Positions 1 through 9,811 of a stretch of 64,000 nucleotides of DNA are shown piece after piece (positions within the stretch are counted from its first letter, which is position 1; each line of letters opens with the position of its first letter). The DNA comes from Gammaproteobacteria bacterium. Lineage in GTDB: Bacteria > Pseudomonadota > Gammaproteobacteria > Eutrophobiales > Eutrophobiaceae. The notes below the pieces were generated by a model. It was not told the DNA's origin. It saw only the letters and a list, made by a program, of their open reading frames with translations, and ran no database searches. Position numbers and translations under genes: made by a program. Where the stretch lies: contig QKIY01000028.1 of NCBI GenBank assembly GCA_003250975.1, forward strand, positions 195,248 to 259,247. Direction: 5' to 3'.

Positions 1-447
1 CAAAAGCGCCTTCAAGGCATCACCGTACAGCCTTTCGGCATTAGCTTCCGATAATTGATCCAGGTAAAGCGATTTACCGAGGTCACTCAGCAGCAAGAAG
101 CCTTTCTCCAGATCACTGGCCAGCACTTCAGGCACATTGAGCCCACCGCCCAGCAGCCGCGATGCGATGTCCATAAACGGCCTGCAGTCCTCCTGAGCGG
201 GGGGGGCGTCCATAACGATAAAAGACTGGCTATCCGTAACCAACCTGAAGTAATGCCGGAAACTTGCATCAACCGATGCCGTTGTCAGCTTGTAGCTGCT
301 ATAACCCAGGTCATGGCGCAACCATTTATGCATCAGGTCTTCGCGTGCGTTCATGAATGTAAGTTCCCCGAAATGCTTGTCTGTGCAGGTAACGTGATCA
401 TTTTCGTGGTTTGGATGTTTATCGAACTTCTCCGGTATTTCTGGCAT
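1..447 (-). CDS. APH-fold phosphotransferase, AmgK-like (MurNAc/GlcNAc kinase family), N-terminal fragment; gene runs past window start
   Basis: Minus-strand translation from ATG (complement of 445..447, in-frame stop shortly upstream) is open to position 1: MPEIPEKFDKHPNHENDHVTCTDKHFGELTFMNAREDLMHKWLRHDLGYSSYKLTTASVDASFRHYFRLVTDSQSFIVMDAPPAQEDCRPFMDIASRLLGGGLNVPEVLASDLEKGFLLLSDLG... RHYFR / VMDAPP / GFLLLSDLG resemble N-lobe motifs of AmgK/aminoglycoside-phosphotransferase-fold kinases. It is missing from the ORF track only because there is no in-window stop. The listed + ORF 55..456 is its antisense shadow. Confidence 0.55.
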   Translation of the reverse strand, partial: MPEIPEKFDKHPNHENDHVTCTDKHFGELTFMNAREDLMHKWLRHDLGYSSYKLTTASVDASFRHYFRLVTDSQSFIVMDAPPAQEDCRPFMDIASRLLGGGLNVPEVLASDLEKGFLLLSDLGKSLYLDQLSEANAERLYGDALKALL

Positions 448-480
448 TATCCCTAGACTGAGTAACTATAAAATAAATTT

Positions 481-1449
481 ATGCTTTTTGAATCTCTCGG
501 TATTATCGGCGGCTTGGTCCTGCTCGTATTTGGCGCAGACCGTTTTGTTGCCGGCGCCGCAAATATCGCCCGGAATATGGGTGTCTCGCCATTGATTATC
601 GGTGTCAGTATTGTCGGGATTGCCACATCTGCGCCCGAAATCCTGGTCAGTACCGCTGCTGCACTCGAGGGCAAATCAGAGATTGCTATAGGTAATGCCA
701 TTGGCTCCAATATTGCCAATATCGGCATGGTGCTGGGATTAACCGCCATCATATTACCGCTGTCAATTTCCTCCAAAACCCTGAGGCGAGAATATCTTTT
801 AATGTTTCTCTCCGCCGTCATCGCGGTAACGGTAATGCTTGATCTTGACCTGAGCCGCGTGGATTCACTGATACTGCTCAGTGTGCTTGCCTTTTTTATC
901 TGGTGGATCGTTCAAATGGCAAAGCGCTCTCTCTATACCGATCCCCTTGTCGGGGAATTTGAACAGGAATTGGCAGAAGTCACTTCTTTGCCACGCTCAA
1001 TTTTACTAACCTTTTTCGGTCTGTTATTACTACTCGCTGGGGCCGAGCTGCTGGTGCACTCTGCCGTTGCCCTTGCCAGATACTTCGGCATCAGTGACCT
1101 GGTCATCGGCCTGACCATCATTGCCGTGGGGACCAGCCTGCCGGAACTCGCCGCCTCTATTATGAGTGTTATCAAGAACGAGGCGGACATCGCCGTGGGT
1201 AATATCCTGGGCTCCAATATGTTTAACATGCTGGCGGTTATCGGTGTCCCGACCCTGATCAAACCTACACCAATCGCCCAGGAAGTCCTGTCCCGTGATC
1301 TGCCTGTCATGTTCGGGTTGACCGTGCTGATGGGTTTGATGGCCTTCAGGCACAAAGAAGGAAGATTTGCCCGTATCGAAGGGATCGTTTTACTGATATG
1401 TTTTGTGCTGTACCAGTTCTGGCTGTTTTCAAATATTACAAACATATGA
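481..1449 (+). CDS. yrbG: Ca2+/Na+ antiporter, CaCA family (YrbG-like)
   Basis: Polytopic membrane protein with two alpha-repeat motifs (GNAIGSNIANIG / GNILGSNMFNM). It sits at the head of the kdsD-kdsC-lptCAB block, as in E. coli. Confidence 0.85.
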   Translation: MLFESLGIIGGLVLLVFGADRFVAGAANIARNMGVSPLIIGVSIVGIATSAPEILVSTAAALEGKSEIAIGNAIGSNIANIGMVLGLTAIILPLSISSKTLRREYLLMFLSAVIAVTVMLDLDLSRVDSLILLSVLAFFIWWIVQMAKRSLYTDPLVGEFEQELAEVTSLPRSILLTFFGLLLLLAGAELLVHSAVALARYFGISDLVIGLTIIAVGTSLPELAASIMSVIKNEADIAVGNILGSNMFNMLAVIGVPTLIKPTPIAQEVLSRDLPVMFGLTVLMGLMAFRHKEGRFARIEGIVLLICFVLYQFWLFSNITNI

Positions 1450-1459
1450 GAAGCCGTTA

Positions 1460-2452
1460 ATGCGCCATGACGATTCAACAGCCGAGACCAGGAAACTGAT
1501 TGATCTTGGTCAGGCAGTGATCAAGACAGAAGCGGATGCTGTATCCGATTTGCTCGGACGTATCGACAAAAACTTCGCTGAGGCCTGCATGTTGATCCTT
1601 GCCTGCAAGGGACGCACCGTGGTGACTGGCATGGGCAAGTCCGGGCATATCGGTAACAAGATTGCCGCCACCCTGGCCAGTACCGGGACACCTGCCTTTT
1701 TTGTCCACCCCGGCGAGGCAAGTCACGGTGACCTGGGCATGATTACCCAGGATGATGTCGTCATTGCCCTATCTAATTCCGGTGAAACAGATGAACTGCT
1801 CACCCTCCTGCCAGTTATCAAGCGTCTGAACGTCCCGCTCATTGCATTGACGGGAAACACCACCTCCAGCCTTGCTGAGGCATCAACCGTTACCCTGGAT
1901 GTCGGGGTGGCGAAGGAGGCCTGCCCGCTGGGACTGGCGCCAACCTCAAGCACCACGGCCGCCCTGGCAATGGGCGATGCCATGGCGATTGCATTACTTG
2001 AGAAACGTGGTTTCAGTTCGGATGATTTTGCCCGTGCCCATCCCGGCGGCACGCTGGGCAGGCGCCTGCTCCTGCACGTAGAAGATATTATGCATACCGG
2101 CCCTGACCTGCCGAAGGTGTCCGAGACCACCCTGCTCAAGGATGCGCTATTGGTCATGACTGCAAAAGGTCTGGGCACGACAGCCATCCTCGATGACGAA
2201 GAACATGTCATCGGGATCTTTACAGATGGCGATTTGAGGCGGGCCCTTGATAATGAAATTGATGTACATAAGACAATAATCGGTGATGTCATGACACGAA
2301 ACTTCAAATCCATCACCCGGGAAAAGCTCGCGGCCGAGGCCCTGGCGACCATGGAAAAGTACAAAATAAACGCATTGCCTGTTCTGGATGATGACACTCG
2401 CCTGATCGGGATACTGAACATGCACGATCTGCTGCGCGCCAGGGTGCTCTAG
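1460..2452 (+). CDS. kdsD: arabinose-5-phosphate isomerase (SIS domain + tandem CBS)
   Basis: SIS motif VTGMGKSGHIGNKIAATLASTGTPAFFVHPGEASHGDLG; C-terminal CBS pair; synteny. ORF-track start 1403 overlaps yrbG, so I chose ATG 1460 (MRHDDSTAETRKLIDLGQ). Confidence 0.9.
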   Translation: MRHDDSTAETRKLIDLGQAVIKTEADAVSDLLGRIDKNFAEACMLILACKGRTVVTGMGKSGHIGNKIAATLASTGTPAFFVHPGEASHGDLGMITQDDVVIALSNSGETDELLTLLPVIKRLNVPLIALTGNTTSSLAEASTVTLDVGVAKEACPLGLAPTSSTTAALAMGDAMAIALLEKRGFSSDDFARAHPGGTLGRRLLLHVEDIMHTGPDLPKVSETTLLKDALLVMTAKGLGTTAILDDEEHVIGIFTDGDLRRALDNEIDVHKTIIGDVMTRNFKSITREKLAAEALATMEKYKINALPVLDDDTRLIGILNMHDLLRARVL

Positions 2453-2456
2453 GCCC

Positions 2457-2984
2457 ATGCAATCCGTAATTGCCAAGGCAAAACAGATCAAACTCGTGGT
2501 GTTTGATGTCGACGGGGTGCTCACGGACGGCGGTCTGATCCTTGGAGAGAGCGGAGATGAATACAAGATCTTCCATGTACGCGACGGGCTGGGTCTAGTC
2601 ATGTTGCGTGACAATGGCTTTCATCTGGCTGTCATCACAGCACGTACCTCAAAGATCGTGGCTGAGCGAATGAATTCACTGGGAATCGAATATGTTTATC
2701 AGGGACAGGAACAAAAGGCCGTTGCATTGAACGCACTCATGAAGAAACTTGGCGTCAGCAAGGAGGAGATCGCATACGTAGGTGACGATTTCCTGGACCT
2801 GCCTGCGATGCGCCTGACCGGACTCACCATCGCCGTTGCCGATGCGCACCCCCTGGTGCGCGAGAAAGTGGACTGGGTCACGCACGCGAAGGGCGGGCAT
2901 GGCGCTGCAAGAGAAGTCTGTGAAATGCTGCTTGAGGCCCAGGGCAAGCTGGACCCCCTGATCCAGAATTTCCTCGGTACCTGA
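2457..2984 (+). CDS. kdsC: KDO-8-phosphate phosphatase (HAD family)
   Basis: VVFDVDGVLTDG HAD motif I, GDD motif, ~175 aa; follows kdsD. Confidence 0.9.
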   Translation: MQSVIAKAKQIKLVVFDVDGVLTDGGLILGESGDEYKIFHVRDGLGLVMLRDNGFHLAVITARTSKIVAERMNSLGIEYVYQGQEQKAVALNALMKKLGVSKEEIAYVGDDFLDLPAMRLTGLTIAVADAHPLVREKVDWVTHAKGGHGAAREVCEMLLEAQGKLDPLIQNFLGT

Positions 2985-3016
2985 AACCTGACGCTTGTAA
3001 TCACGGTAAATTATAT

Positions 3017-3586
3017 ATGTCTACTCGCTGGAAAATTCTCATCGCTATCGCACCGCTGGCGCTTCTCTCCGCCTGGCTGTTCAATGCCGTTAATAAGGAG
3101 ACGGTGACTCCGGGTCCTACCGCGCGCCAGGGACCAGATTATTACATGGTGAACTTCCACTCTCTTGGTATGGACATCAACGGCCGGCCGGACAAAACCC
3201 TTGATGCCCGCTACATGACGCACTATGCAGACCAGGAACTAACCGAACTCGACAAACCGCTTCTGACGGTCTATCGGGAGCCAGGTCTGCCCACGTATAT
3301 TTCGGCCATGAAGGGCAAGGTCAGCGGGGGAAATGAGATTATCCTGTTGCAGGATGATGTAAAATTATGGCGTGAAGGACCGCACGGTAACAGGGAAATG
3401 GAAGTGCAGACCTCCAGGGCAACGCTTTATATTGCGACTGAAATTGCAGAAACCGACAGACCCGCTACCCTGATCCATAACACATCCCGGACGGATACAG
3501 TAGGCCTACGGGCCTTTTTTAAAGAAAACCGGCTTGAACTCCTGAGTAATGTACAGACAACTATACTACCGGAAACTGTTGATTAG
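3017..3586 (+). CDS. lptC: LPS export protein LptC
   Basis: N-terminal membrane anchor, ~190 aa; position between kdsC and lptA. Confidence 0.75.
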   Translation: MSTRWKILIAIAPLALLSAWLFNAVNKETVTPGPTARQGPDYYMVNFHSLGMDINGRPDKTLDARYMTHYADQELTELDKPLLTVYREPGLPTYISAMKGKVSGGNEIILLQDDVKLWREGPHGNREMEVQTSRATLYIATEIAETDRPATLIHNTSRTDTVGLRAFFKENRLELLSNVQTTILPETVD

Positions 3587-4097
3587 CGTCCTCTGCCTGC
3601 TAACAGGCCTGTTGCCGACCGCCCCTGCCTGGGGACTGTCAACCGACCGGGACCAACCGATTGAAATCGAAGCTGATGCGGCCGAACTGGATGATGAAAA
3701 AAAGGTAACTGTCTACACGGGTAATGTCGTCGTGATACAGGGAAGCATCCGTATGACCGGTGACACAATGACAGTCTATTACACTTCTGAGAACGAACTC
3801 GACGTAGTTATCTTGGACGGTAAACCTGCAACCTATCGCCAACTGCCTGACGACAGCGAAGTCTATGACGAGGCAGAGGCACTGCACATGGAATACTATG
3901 GGAAAGACAACTTGATTATCCTGACTGAAAAGGCCCTCGTAAAACAGGAAGGCCTGCGGTTTAGTGGCAAAAGGATTGAGTATGATACGGTGAAGAGCCG
4001 AATAAAGGCCCGTGGTGATACAAAAACACAAATGGGATCTGATGAAAGTGACGAAAACGGCAGGGTAAGGATCACCATTCAACCCAGGAAAAAATAA
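3549..4097 (+). CDS. lptA: LPS export periplasmic protein LptA
   Basis: Signal peptide, OstA-like beta-jellyroll sized protein; overlaps lptC end; precedes lptB. Confidence 0.8.
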   Translation: MYRQLYYRKLLISVLCLLTGLLPTAPAWGLSTDRDQPIEIEADAAELDDEKKVTVYTGNVVVIQGSIRMTGDTMTVYYTSENELDVVILDGKPATYRQLPDDSEVYDEAEALHMEYYGKDNLIILTEKALVKQEGLRFSGKRIEYDTVKSRIKARGDTKTQMGSDESDENGRVRITIQPRKK

Positions 4098-4154
4098 AAC
4101 AACGACACAGCAAATACTGCCTGCAGTAACAATGGTAACTGTTCGGCCACCACA

Positions 4155-4880
4155 ATGAGCAAACTCAGCGCAAAAAACCTGCAAAAGTCATTTCGATCAC
4201 GCATAGTTGTACATGACGTCAGCCTTTCTGTAGAGACCGGGGAAATCGTCGGTCTGCTCGGGCCTAATGGCGCGGGTAAGACAACCAGCTTCCACATAAT
4301 TGTGGGCCTGATACCTGCTGATAAGGGTAATATCGATATTGACGGGACGGAAATCAGTAATCTCAGTATGGATGCCCGCTCACACCTTGGACTGGGTTAC
4401 CTCCCGCAACAGACCTCAATCTTCCGACGACTTTCCGTGAGCGAGAATATCATGGCCATACTGGAGACCCGTAAAGAGCTCAGCCAACAGGATCGGCAAA
4501 ACCGCCTGGACAGGTTGCTTGACGAGTTTCATATCGCCCACCTGCATAACAGTCTTGGGGCAAGCCTGTCGGGTGGAGAGAAACGGCGTGTGGAGATCGC
4601 TCGGGCATTGGCTTCGGCACCCAAGTTTCTTTTGCTCGATGAACCCTTTGCCGGCATTGATCCTATTTCAATCAATGACATACAGCAGATTACCCGTTAT
4701 CTCAGTGAAAACGGCATTGGTATCCTCATCACAGACCACAACGTGAGGGAAACGCTGGGCAGCTGTGACCGTGCCTATATTGTTAATGAAGGGCACATCA
4801 TCGCAGAAGGAGAACCAGGCGACATTTTGGCAAACCAACAGGTCAGGGATGTTTATCTCGGAGAGAAATTCAATCTTTGA
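4155..4880 (+). CDS. lptB: LPS export ABC transporter ATPase LptB
   Basis: Walker [13 protein letters not shown] signature LSGGEKRR, Walker [10 protein letters not shown]; 241 aa. Confidence 0.92.
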   Translation: MSKLSAKNLQKSFRSRIVVHDVSLSVETGEIVGLLGPNGAGKTTSFHIIVGLIPADKGNIDIDGTEISNLSMDARSHLGLGYLPQQTSIFRRLSVSENIMAILETRKELSQQDRQNRLDRLLDEFHIAHLHNSLGASLSGGEKRRVEIARALASAPKFLLLDEPFAGIDPISINDIQQITRYLSENGIGILITDHNVRETLGSCDRAYIVNEGHIIAEGEPGDILANQQVRDVYLGEKFNL

Positions 4881-4887
4881 CCTATTC

Positions 4888-4918
4888 AGGGTTCTGCAAA
4901 CCCTTTCTTTATTATTTT
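4888..4918 (+). terminator. weak stem-loop plus T-tract between lptB and rpoN (attenuator-like)
   Basis: AGGGTT-CTGCA-AACCCT followed by TTCTTTATTATTTT. Confidence 0.35.
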
Positions 4919-4935
4919 GAGTTAAAATTATCCTT

Positions 4936-6381
4936 ATGAAGGCCTCATTACAACTCAAGCTTGGTCAGAACCTGACCATGACTCCACAACTGCAACAGGC
5001 AATACGCCTGTTGCAGTTGTCGAGCGTTGAGCTACAGATGGAAATCCAGCAGGCCCTGGAAACCAATATGATGCTGGAGCTCGAGGAAGACAATGAGAAC
5101 GGGGATGAGAACCCGGTTACTGCAGAAGAATTCATGAGGTCGGTCGAAGATACCGATCTGCAGGACGCTGAGAATATCCCGGAAGAATTGCCGGTGGACA
5201 GCCGCTGGGACGATATTTATGACAGCAGCCTGAATTATTCCTCCTTTGCCGGCGAAAAAGACACGAGCTTTTATGAAGGCCAGGATATTGAGGAAAAAAG
5301 CCTGCACAGCCATTTGTTATGGCAATTAAATCTGACGCAAACGAGCGAGAAAGACAAGGCCATCGCCATTGCGCTCATTGATTCCCTTGATGACGACGGT
5401 TACCTGGGTTGCAGTCTTGAGGACATCGCCGAATCCGTTGGTGAGGATCTCGAAATTGAAATGGACGAGATTGAGGCCGTACTTCATCTGATACAGTCCA
5501 TGGATCCCCCCGGCGTCGGCGCTAGGGACCTGCGTGAATGCCTCTTGCTGCAGCTGTCGCAGATCGATGCAAACACGCCTTATCTTGACAAGGCAAAGGA
5601 ACTGGTCAGCCGCCATCTGCAGGTTATGGCCGGCAAGGACTTTAATCAGCTTATGCGACGCCTCAAGGTATCCCAGGAAGACCTGGAAAATATAATCGGC
5701 TTGATTCAGACGATGAGCCCCCGGCCCGGGTCCGGAATCCAGGCAGCAACTACAGAATATATAATCCCGGATGTTTATGTTAGGAAGGAAAAAGGTGTCT
5801 GGCGTGTTGAGCTTAACACCGAAGCGATTCCACAATTGAGAATCAACAACAGATACGCCAATATGATCCGGCGCGCAGACAATAGCGCCGATAATACATC
5901 GCTCAAGTCCCACCTTCAGGAAGCACGCTGGTTTATTAAAAGCCTACAAAGCAGGAGCGAAACCTTGCTAAAGGTGGCAAGTACCATTGTCGAGAAGCAG
6001 CGCGCATTTCTTGAACACGGGGAAGAGGCCATGAAACCCATGGTATTGCACGACATCGCCGAATCGCTTGACCTGCACGAGTCCACAATATCAAGAGTGA
6101 CTACACGTAAATACATGCACACGCCACGTGGCATATATGAGTTAAAGTATTTCTTCTCGAGTCAGGTCAGCACTGAAGAAGGTGGTTCGGCTTCATCTAC
6201 AGCTATCAGGGCGCTCATTAAAAAGCTGATCAATGAGGAATCACACAAGAAACCGCTGAGTGACAGCAAGATTGCCCAGCTATTATCATCACAGGGGATA
6301 CGGGTTGCTCGCAGGACGGTTGCAAAATACCGCGAGGTCATGGCAATTCCGCCTTCCAATGAGAGAAAACGTCTTATATAA
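4936..6381 (+). CDS. rpoN: RNA polymerase sigma-54 factor
   Basis: Gln/Leu-rich region I, acidic region II, HTH and RpoN box ([10 protein letters not shown]) at C-terminus; 481 aa. Confidence 0.95.
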   Translation: MKASLQLKLGQNLTMTPQLQQAIRLLQLSSVELQMEIQQALETNMMLELEEDNENGDENPVTAEEFMRSVEDTDLQDAENIPEELPVDSRWDDIYDSSLNYSSFAGEKDTSFYEGQDIEEKSLHSHLLWQLNLTQTSEKDKAIAIALIDSLDDDGYLGCSLEDIAESVGEDLEIEMDEIEAVLHLIQSMDPPGVGARDLRECLLLQLSQIDANTPYLDKAKELVSRHLQVMAGKDFNQLMRRLKVSQEDLENIIGLIQTMSPRPGSGIQAATTEYIIPDVYVRKEKGVWRVELNTEAIPQLRINNRYANMIRRADNSADNTSLKSHLQEARWFIKSLQSRSETLLKVASTIVEKQRAFLEHGEEAMKPMVLHDIAESLDLHESTISRVTTRKYMHTPRGIYELKYFFSSQVSTEEGGSASSTAIRALIKKLINEESHKKPLSDSKIAQLLSSQGIRVARRTVAKYREVMAIPPSNERKRLI

Positions 6382-6421
6382 GTGTCTATAACAATAAAAT
6401 CATCAAACCAGGAGCTATCAT

Positions 6422-6748
6422 ATGCAAATCAGCATCACCGGACATCATATTGACATTACAGACGCACTTCGTTCATATGTAGAAAGCAAGTTTACCCGCC
6501 TTGAAAGACACTTCGATAACATGACCAATATTCATGTAATTCTGGGTATTGAAAAAGAACGACAAAAGGCTGAGGCAACTATCCATGTCAGTCGTGGCAA
6601 TATATATGCCGATATTGAACATGAAGATATGTATGCCGCAATTGACGGGTTAATAGACAAACTTGATCGGCAACTGAAAAAACACAAGGAAAAACTAACG
6701 AAACATCGCAGGGGTGACTCTCCCCTAAAAAACCAGGAAATTTCTTGA
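6422..6748 (+). CDS. hpf: ribosome hibernation promoting factor
   Basis: MQISITGHHIDITDALRSYVESKFTRLERH signature of the YfiA/HPF family; follows rpoN. Confidence 0.9.
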   Translation: MQISITGHHIDITDALRSYVESKFTRLERHFDNMTNIHVILGIEKERQKAEATIHVSRGNIYADIEHEDMYAAIDGLIDKLDRQLKKHKEKLTKHRRGDSPLKNQEIS

Positions 6749-7236
6749 TAGCCATATCAGCCACGAGGGTTCCCAGAATTATGCAGATCTCGGAAATCAT
6801 TTCGGCTGACATGATACGGTGCAGTGTGCAGGCCTCCAGCAAAAAAGGCGCACTTGAAGAATTGTCCAAGCTGCTGGCAGGCTCCGAATCTTCACTTAGC
6901 TATACGGAGATTTTTGACTGCTTTACCTCGAGGGAGCGTCTGGGCAGTACGGGTCTGGGGAATGGAATTGCTATCCCTCACGGCCGTTTAAAACATATTA
7001 ATGCCCCTATTGCAGCGTTTGTGCAGCTTGAAAAAGCCGTCGATTACGATGCCGTAGACCAGAAACCGGTTGATCTGCTGTTTGGCCTGCTCGTACCCGA
7101 AGACTCAACGGATGAGCATCTCCAAATTCTTGCATCACTTGCAACCATGTTCAGCGATCATGACATTGTATCGAAACTGCGTGCAGGACAATCCGCCCAG
7201 GAACTACTTGAAACACTTACCAGCAACAAGGCATGA
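6745..7236 (+). CDS. ptsN: PTS EIIA-Ntr (nitrogen regulatory IIA)
   Basis: EIIA fructose/mannitol-type fold with GNGIAIPHGR active-site His; rpoN-hpf-ptsN synteny. The true start may be the internal Met at 6781. Confidence 0.85.
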   Translation: MIAISATRVPRIMQISEIISADMIRCSVQASSKKGALEELSKLLAGSESSLSYTEIFDCFTSRERLGSTGLGNGIAIPHGRLKHINAPIAAFVQLEKAVDYDAVDQKPVDLLFGLLVPEDSTDEHLQILASLATMFSDHDIVSKLRAGQSAQELLETLTSNKA

Positions 7237-8261
7237 GCGATATCCATAATAATATTCTCGTTGATGAACTCTTCCGGATTCATCAGGAAAAACTCGGGCT
7301 GCAGTGGATTGCGGGCCAACAGGGCGGCAAGAGACAGATCATCCCGGAAGAAATTAGGGGAAAGCCGGCTGACGAGGCTGATGATGATATCAATAATTCC
7401 CGCGGTCCAAGTACTAAGGCCACAAAACGTGGGCAGCGGCCATCTCTGATCGGTTACCTTAACCTGATACACCCTCACCAGATTCAGGTGCTTGGAGACA
7501 TTGAATTGAAATACCTTGAAGGACTCAGGGATATATCAAGGCAGGACGCGCTGCGGCAGCTTTTTTCGCACCAGCCAGCTTGCCTCATTATCACCGACGG
7601 CATTGAAACTCCCGTCTTTCTCAAGCGTAAATGCAACGAAAATAGCGTACCATTATTCACCTCTCTGCTCAGCAGCAACAAGCTGACAGACACGCTGCAT
7701 TACTATCTGGCCAATTTCTTTGCTGACATCATAACTATGCATGGTGTATTTATGGAAGTGAATGCCATTGGCGTTCTCCTGACAGGACCGAGCGGGATAG
7801 GAAAAAGCGAGTTGGCCCTTGATCTGATTACCCGGGGACACCGGCTCGTCGCGGATGATGCTCCACAATTTTCACGCATTGCGCCGGACATTATCAACGG
7901 CACATGTCCGGCTCCGTTACAGGACTTTCTGGAGGTTCGCGGCCTGGGCATTATCAACGTCAGGAAACTGTTCGGTGACAGCGCCATCAAGATTAATAAA
8001 TATCTCCGGCTGATTGTCTGCCTGGAGCCCATGGATAAGGAAGGATTGCTGGGCCTCGACAGACTCGAAGGCAGTTATCGGACACGGCGTGTACTTGATA
8101 TCGAGATCCCTGAAATCACAGTGCCAGTTGCTCCCGGGCGCAACCTGGCAGTCTTGCTTGAATGTGCGGCACGCAACCACATGCTCTGGGTAAGCGGTTA
8201 TAACGCCTCTAAGGAATTTTCGGGACGTCAACAAAGCCTGATTGAACATGGAGAAAAATAA
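7233..8261 (+). CDS. hprK: HPr kinase/phosphorylase
   Basis: Walker A GPSGIGKSE, C-terminal kinase domain; overlaps ptsN stop. It is 342 aa, with a charged N-terminal insertion relative to typical ~315-aa HprK. Confidence 0.88.
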   Translation: MSDIHNNILVDELFRIHQEKLGLQWIAGQQGGKRQIIPEEIRGKPADEADDDINNSRGPSTKATKRGQRPSLIGYLNLIHPHQIQVLGDIELKYLEGLRDISRQDALRQLFSHQPACLIITDGIETPVFLKRKCNENSVPLFTSLLSSNKLTDTLHYYLANFFADIITMHGVFMEVNAIGVLLTGPSGIGKSELALDLITRGHRLVADDAPQFSRIAPDIINGTCPAPLQDFLEVRGLGIINVRKLFGDSAIKINKYLRLIVCLEPMDKEGLLGLDRLEGSYRTRRVLDIEIPEITVPVAPGRNLAVLLECAARNHMLWVSGYNASKEFSGRQQSLIEHGEK

Positions 8262-8263
8262 CC

Positions 8264-9130
8264 ATGCCAGAGCAACGGCGGCTTATTATTATTAGCGGGC
8301 TGTCGGGGGCAGGAAAAACCATTGCGCTGAATACGCTCGAGGATATTGGCCTTTATTGCATAGATAACCTTCCGGTCAGCCTGCTGACGGATCTGACCAA
8401 TCAAATAGCCGACGGAACCATCAAGGCCACGACAGAAATTGCCATCGGGATAGATGCGCGCAGTCCCACCCGTGACATCAAAACTCTTCCGGACATCATT
8501 AATAATCTCAAAAAAAAGGATCTCAATGTAGACCTTGTGTTTGTCGAAGCCAACGATGATGTCCTTACACGCAGATTCAGCGAAACACGACGCAAGCATC
8601 CATTGTCCAACCGGAACGTATCTCTAGCGAGCGCTATTAAAAAAGAACGGCAAATCATGCAGACGCTCTGCGAGCACGCGGATATTAGGATAGATACCTC
8701 GCACACACTCATGCATGATCTGCGCGATATAGTCCGCAAGCGCGTTGCCAACCGTCCCTTGTCATCAATGTCCATACAGTTTGTTTCATTCGGTTACAAG
8801 CATGGCATACCCAGGGACGCAGATTATGTATTTGATGTCAGATGCCTCCCAAATCCTTACTGGGAAAAGAGCTTGAGAAATCTTTCGGGTAAGGATAAAG
8901 ACGTCATTCACTTTTTAACAAAACAGGAGGGCGTCGCGCAGATGATCGCGGATATCAGAAACTTTATGGACACATGGGTCCCACTTTTTGAAGCGGAGAA
9001 CCGTAGTTACTTATGTGTCGCAGTAGGTTGTACGGGAGGGCGTCACCGTTCTGTATATATTGTTGAAAAGCTGTCAGAATATTTTCACAAGAAGAAAAAG
9101 CACGTGATCACAATACATCGGGATATTTAG
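8264..9130 (+). CDS. rapZ: RNase adapter protein RapZ (YhbJ)
   Basis: P-loop IISGLSGAGKT, ~288 aa; follows hprK. Confidence 0.9.
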   Translation: MPEQRRLIIISGLSGAGKTIALNTLEDIGLYCIDNLPVSLLTDLTNQIADGTIKATTEIAIGIDARSPTRDIKTLPDIINNLKKKDLNVDLVFVEANDDVLTRRFSETRRKHPLSNRNVSLASAIKKERQIMQTLCEHADIRIDTSHTLMHDLRDIVRKRVANRPLSSMSIQFVSFGYKHGIPRDADYVFDVRCLPNPYWEKSLRNLSGKDKDVIHFLTKQEGVAQMIADIRNFMDTWVPLFEAENRSYLCVAVGCTGGRHRSVYIVEKLSEYFHKKKKHVITIHRDI

Positions 9131-9139
9131 GATATTTCT

Positions 9140-9535
9140 ATGAGTGTTGGACTGCTTATTATCAGCCACAATGGTATCGGGCCTTCGATGCTTGGGACGG
9201 CGACATTCATGCTGGGAAACTGCCCATTGCAGGCCAAATTGCTTACCGCGTCCAGAGACTGTGATCCGGATGAGCTTATTGCCGAGGCCAATGAACAAAT
9301 TGAGCTTCTTGACGAAGGAGAGGGCGTGCTCATATTGACGGACCTTTATGGTTCAACGCCATCCAACATTGCCGGCAGGCTGTGCAAGAAAAACAACGTG
9401 TATACGGTTACCGGGTTGAACCTGTCCATGCTGATTCGCGTATTGAACTACCCGGACCTGAGTCTAAAGGAACTGGCGGAAAAGGCTTACACTGGTGGGC
9501 TGGACGGGATAAAGACGATTAGCAATGAAGATTAA
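9140..9535 (+). CDS. PTS EIIA, mannose/fructose (type 4) family
   Basis: LLIISHNGIG with the phosphorylatable His near residue 10; 131 aa. Confidence 0.8.
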   Translation: MSVGLLIISHNGIGPSMLGTATFMLGNCPLQAKLLTASRDCDPDELIAEANEQIELLDEGEGVLILTDLYGSTPSNIAGRLCKKNNVYTVTGLNLSMLIRVLNYPDLSLKELAEKAYTGGLDGIKTISNED

Positions 9536-9541
9536 ACAATC

Positions 9542-9811
9542 ATGGCAAGCAGGACACTTACTATTATCAACAAGCTTGGTTTGCATGCACGGGCAGCTGC
9601 ACGGTTTGTACAGGTCGCCTCAGAGTTTGAGAGTGATATAAATGTGATCCACGGGAATAAGGAAGTTAACGGCAAGAGTATCATGGGAGTGATGATGCTT
9701 GCGGCCGGCAGGGGCACTGAAATAAAGCTAGTGGCCAACGGCCCTGACGAGGACAGCGCGCTGGATAAGCTTCAGGGACTAATAGAAGGCCGTTTTGGAG
9801 AAGACGAATGA
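9542..9811 (+). CDS. ptsH: phosphocarrier protein HPr/NPr
   Basis: His15 motif KLGLHARAAA and regulatory Ser46 motif NGKSIMGVM; 89 aa. Confidence 0.85.
   Translation: MASRTLTIINKLGLHARAAARFVQVASEFESDINVIHGNKEVNGKSIMGVMMLAAGRGTEIKLVANGPDEDSALDKLQGLIEGRFGEDE

Noticed and set aside
55-456. + strand 133-aa ORF
   Set aside because: It is antisense to the open minus-strand AmgK-like reading frame, and its composition is C/H/Q-rich and not protein-like.
1723-2421. 232-aa minus-strand ORF inside kdsD
   Set aside because: It is the antisense shadow of a well-supported SIS/CBS gene; Ser/Arg/Ala-rich, low-complexity translation.
3639-4184. 181-aa minus-strand ORF across lptA
   Set aside because: Antisense to lptA/lptB junction; no recognisable motifs.
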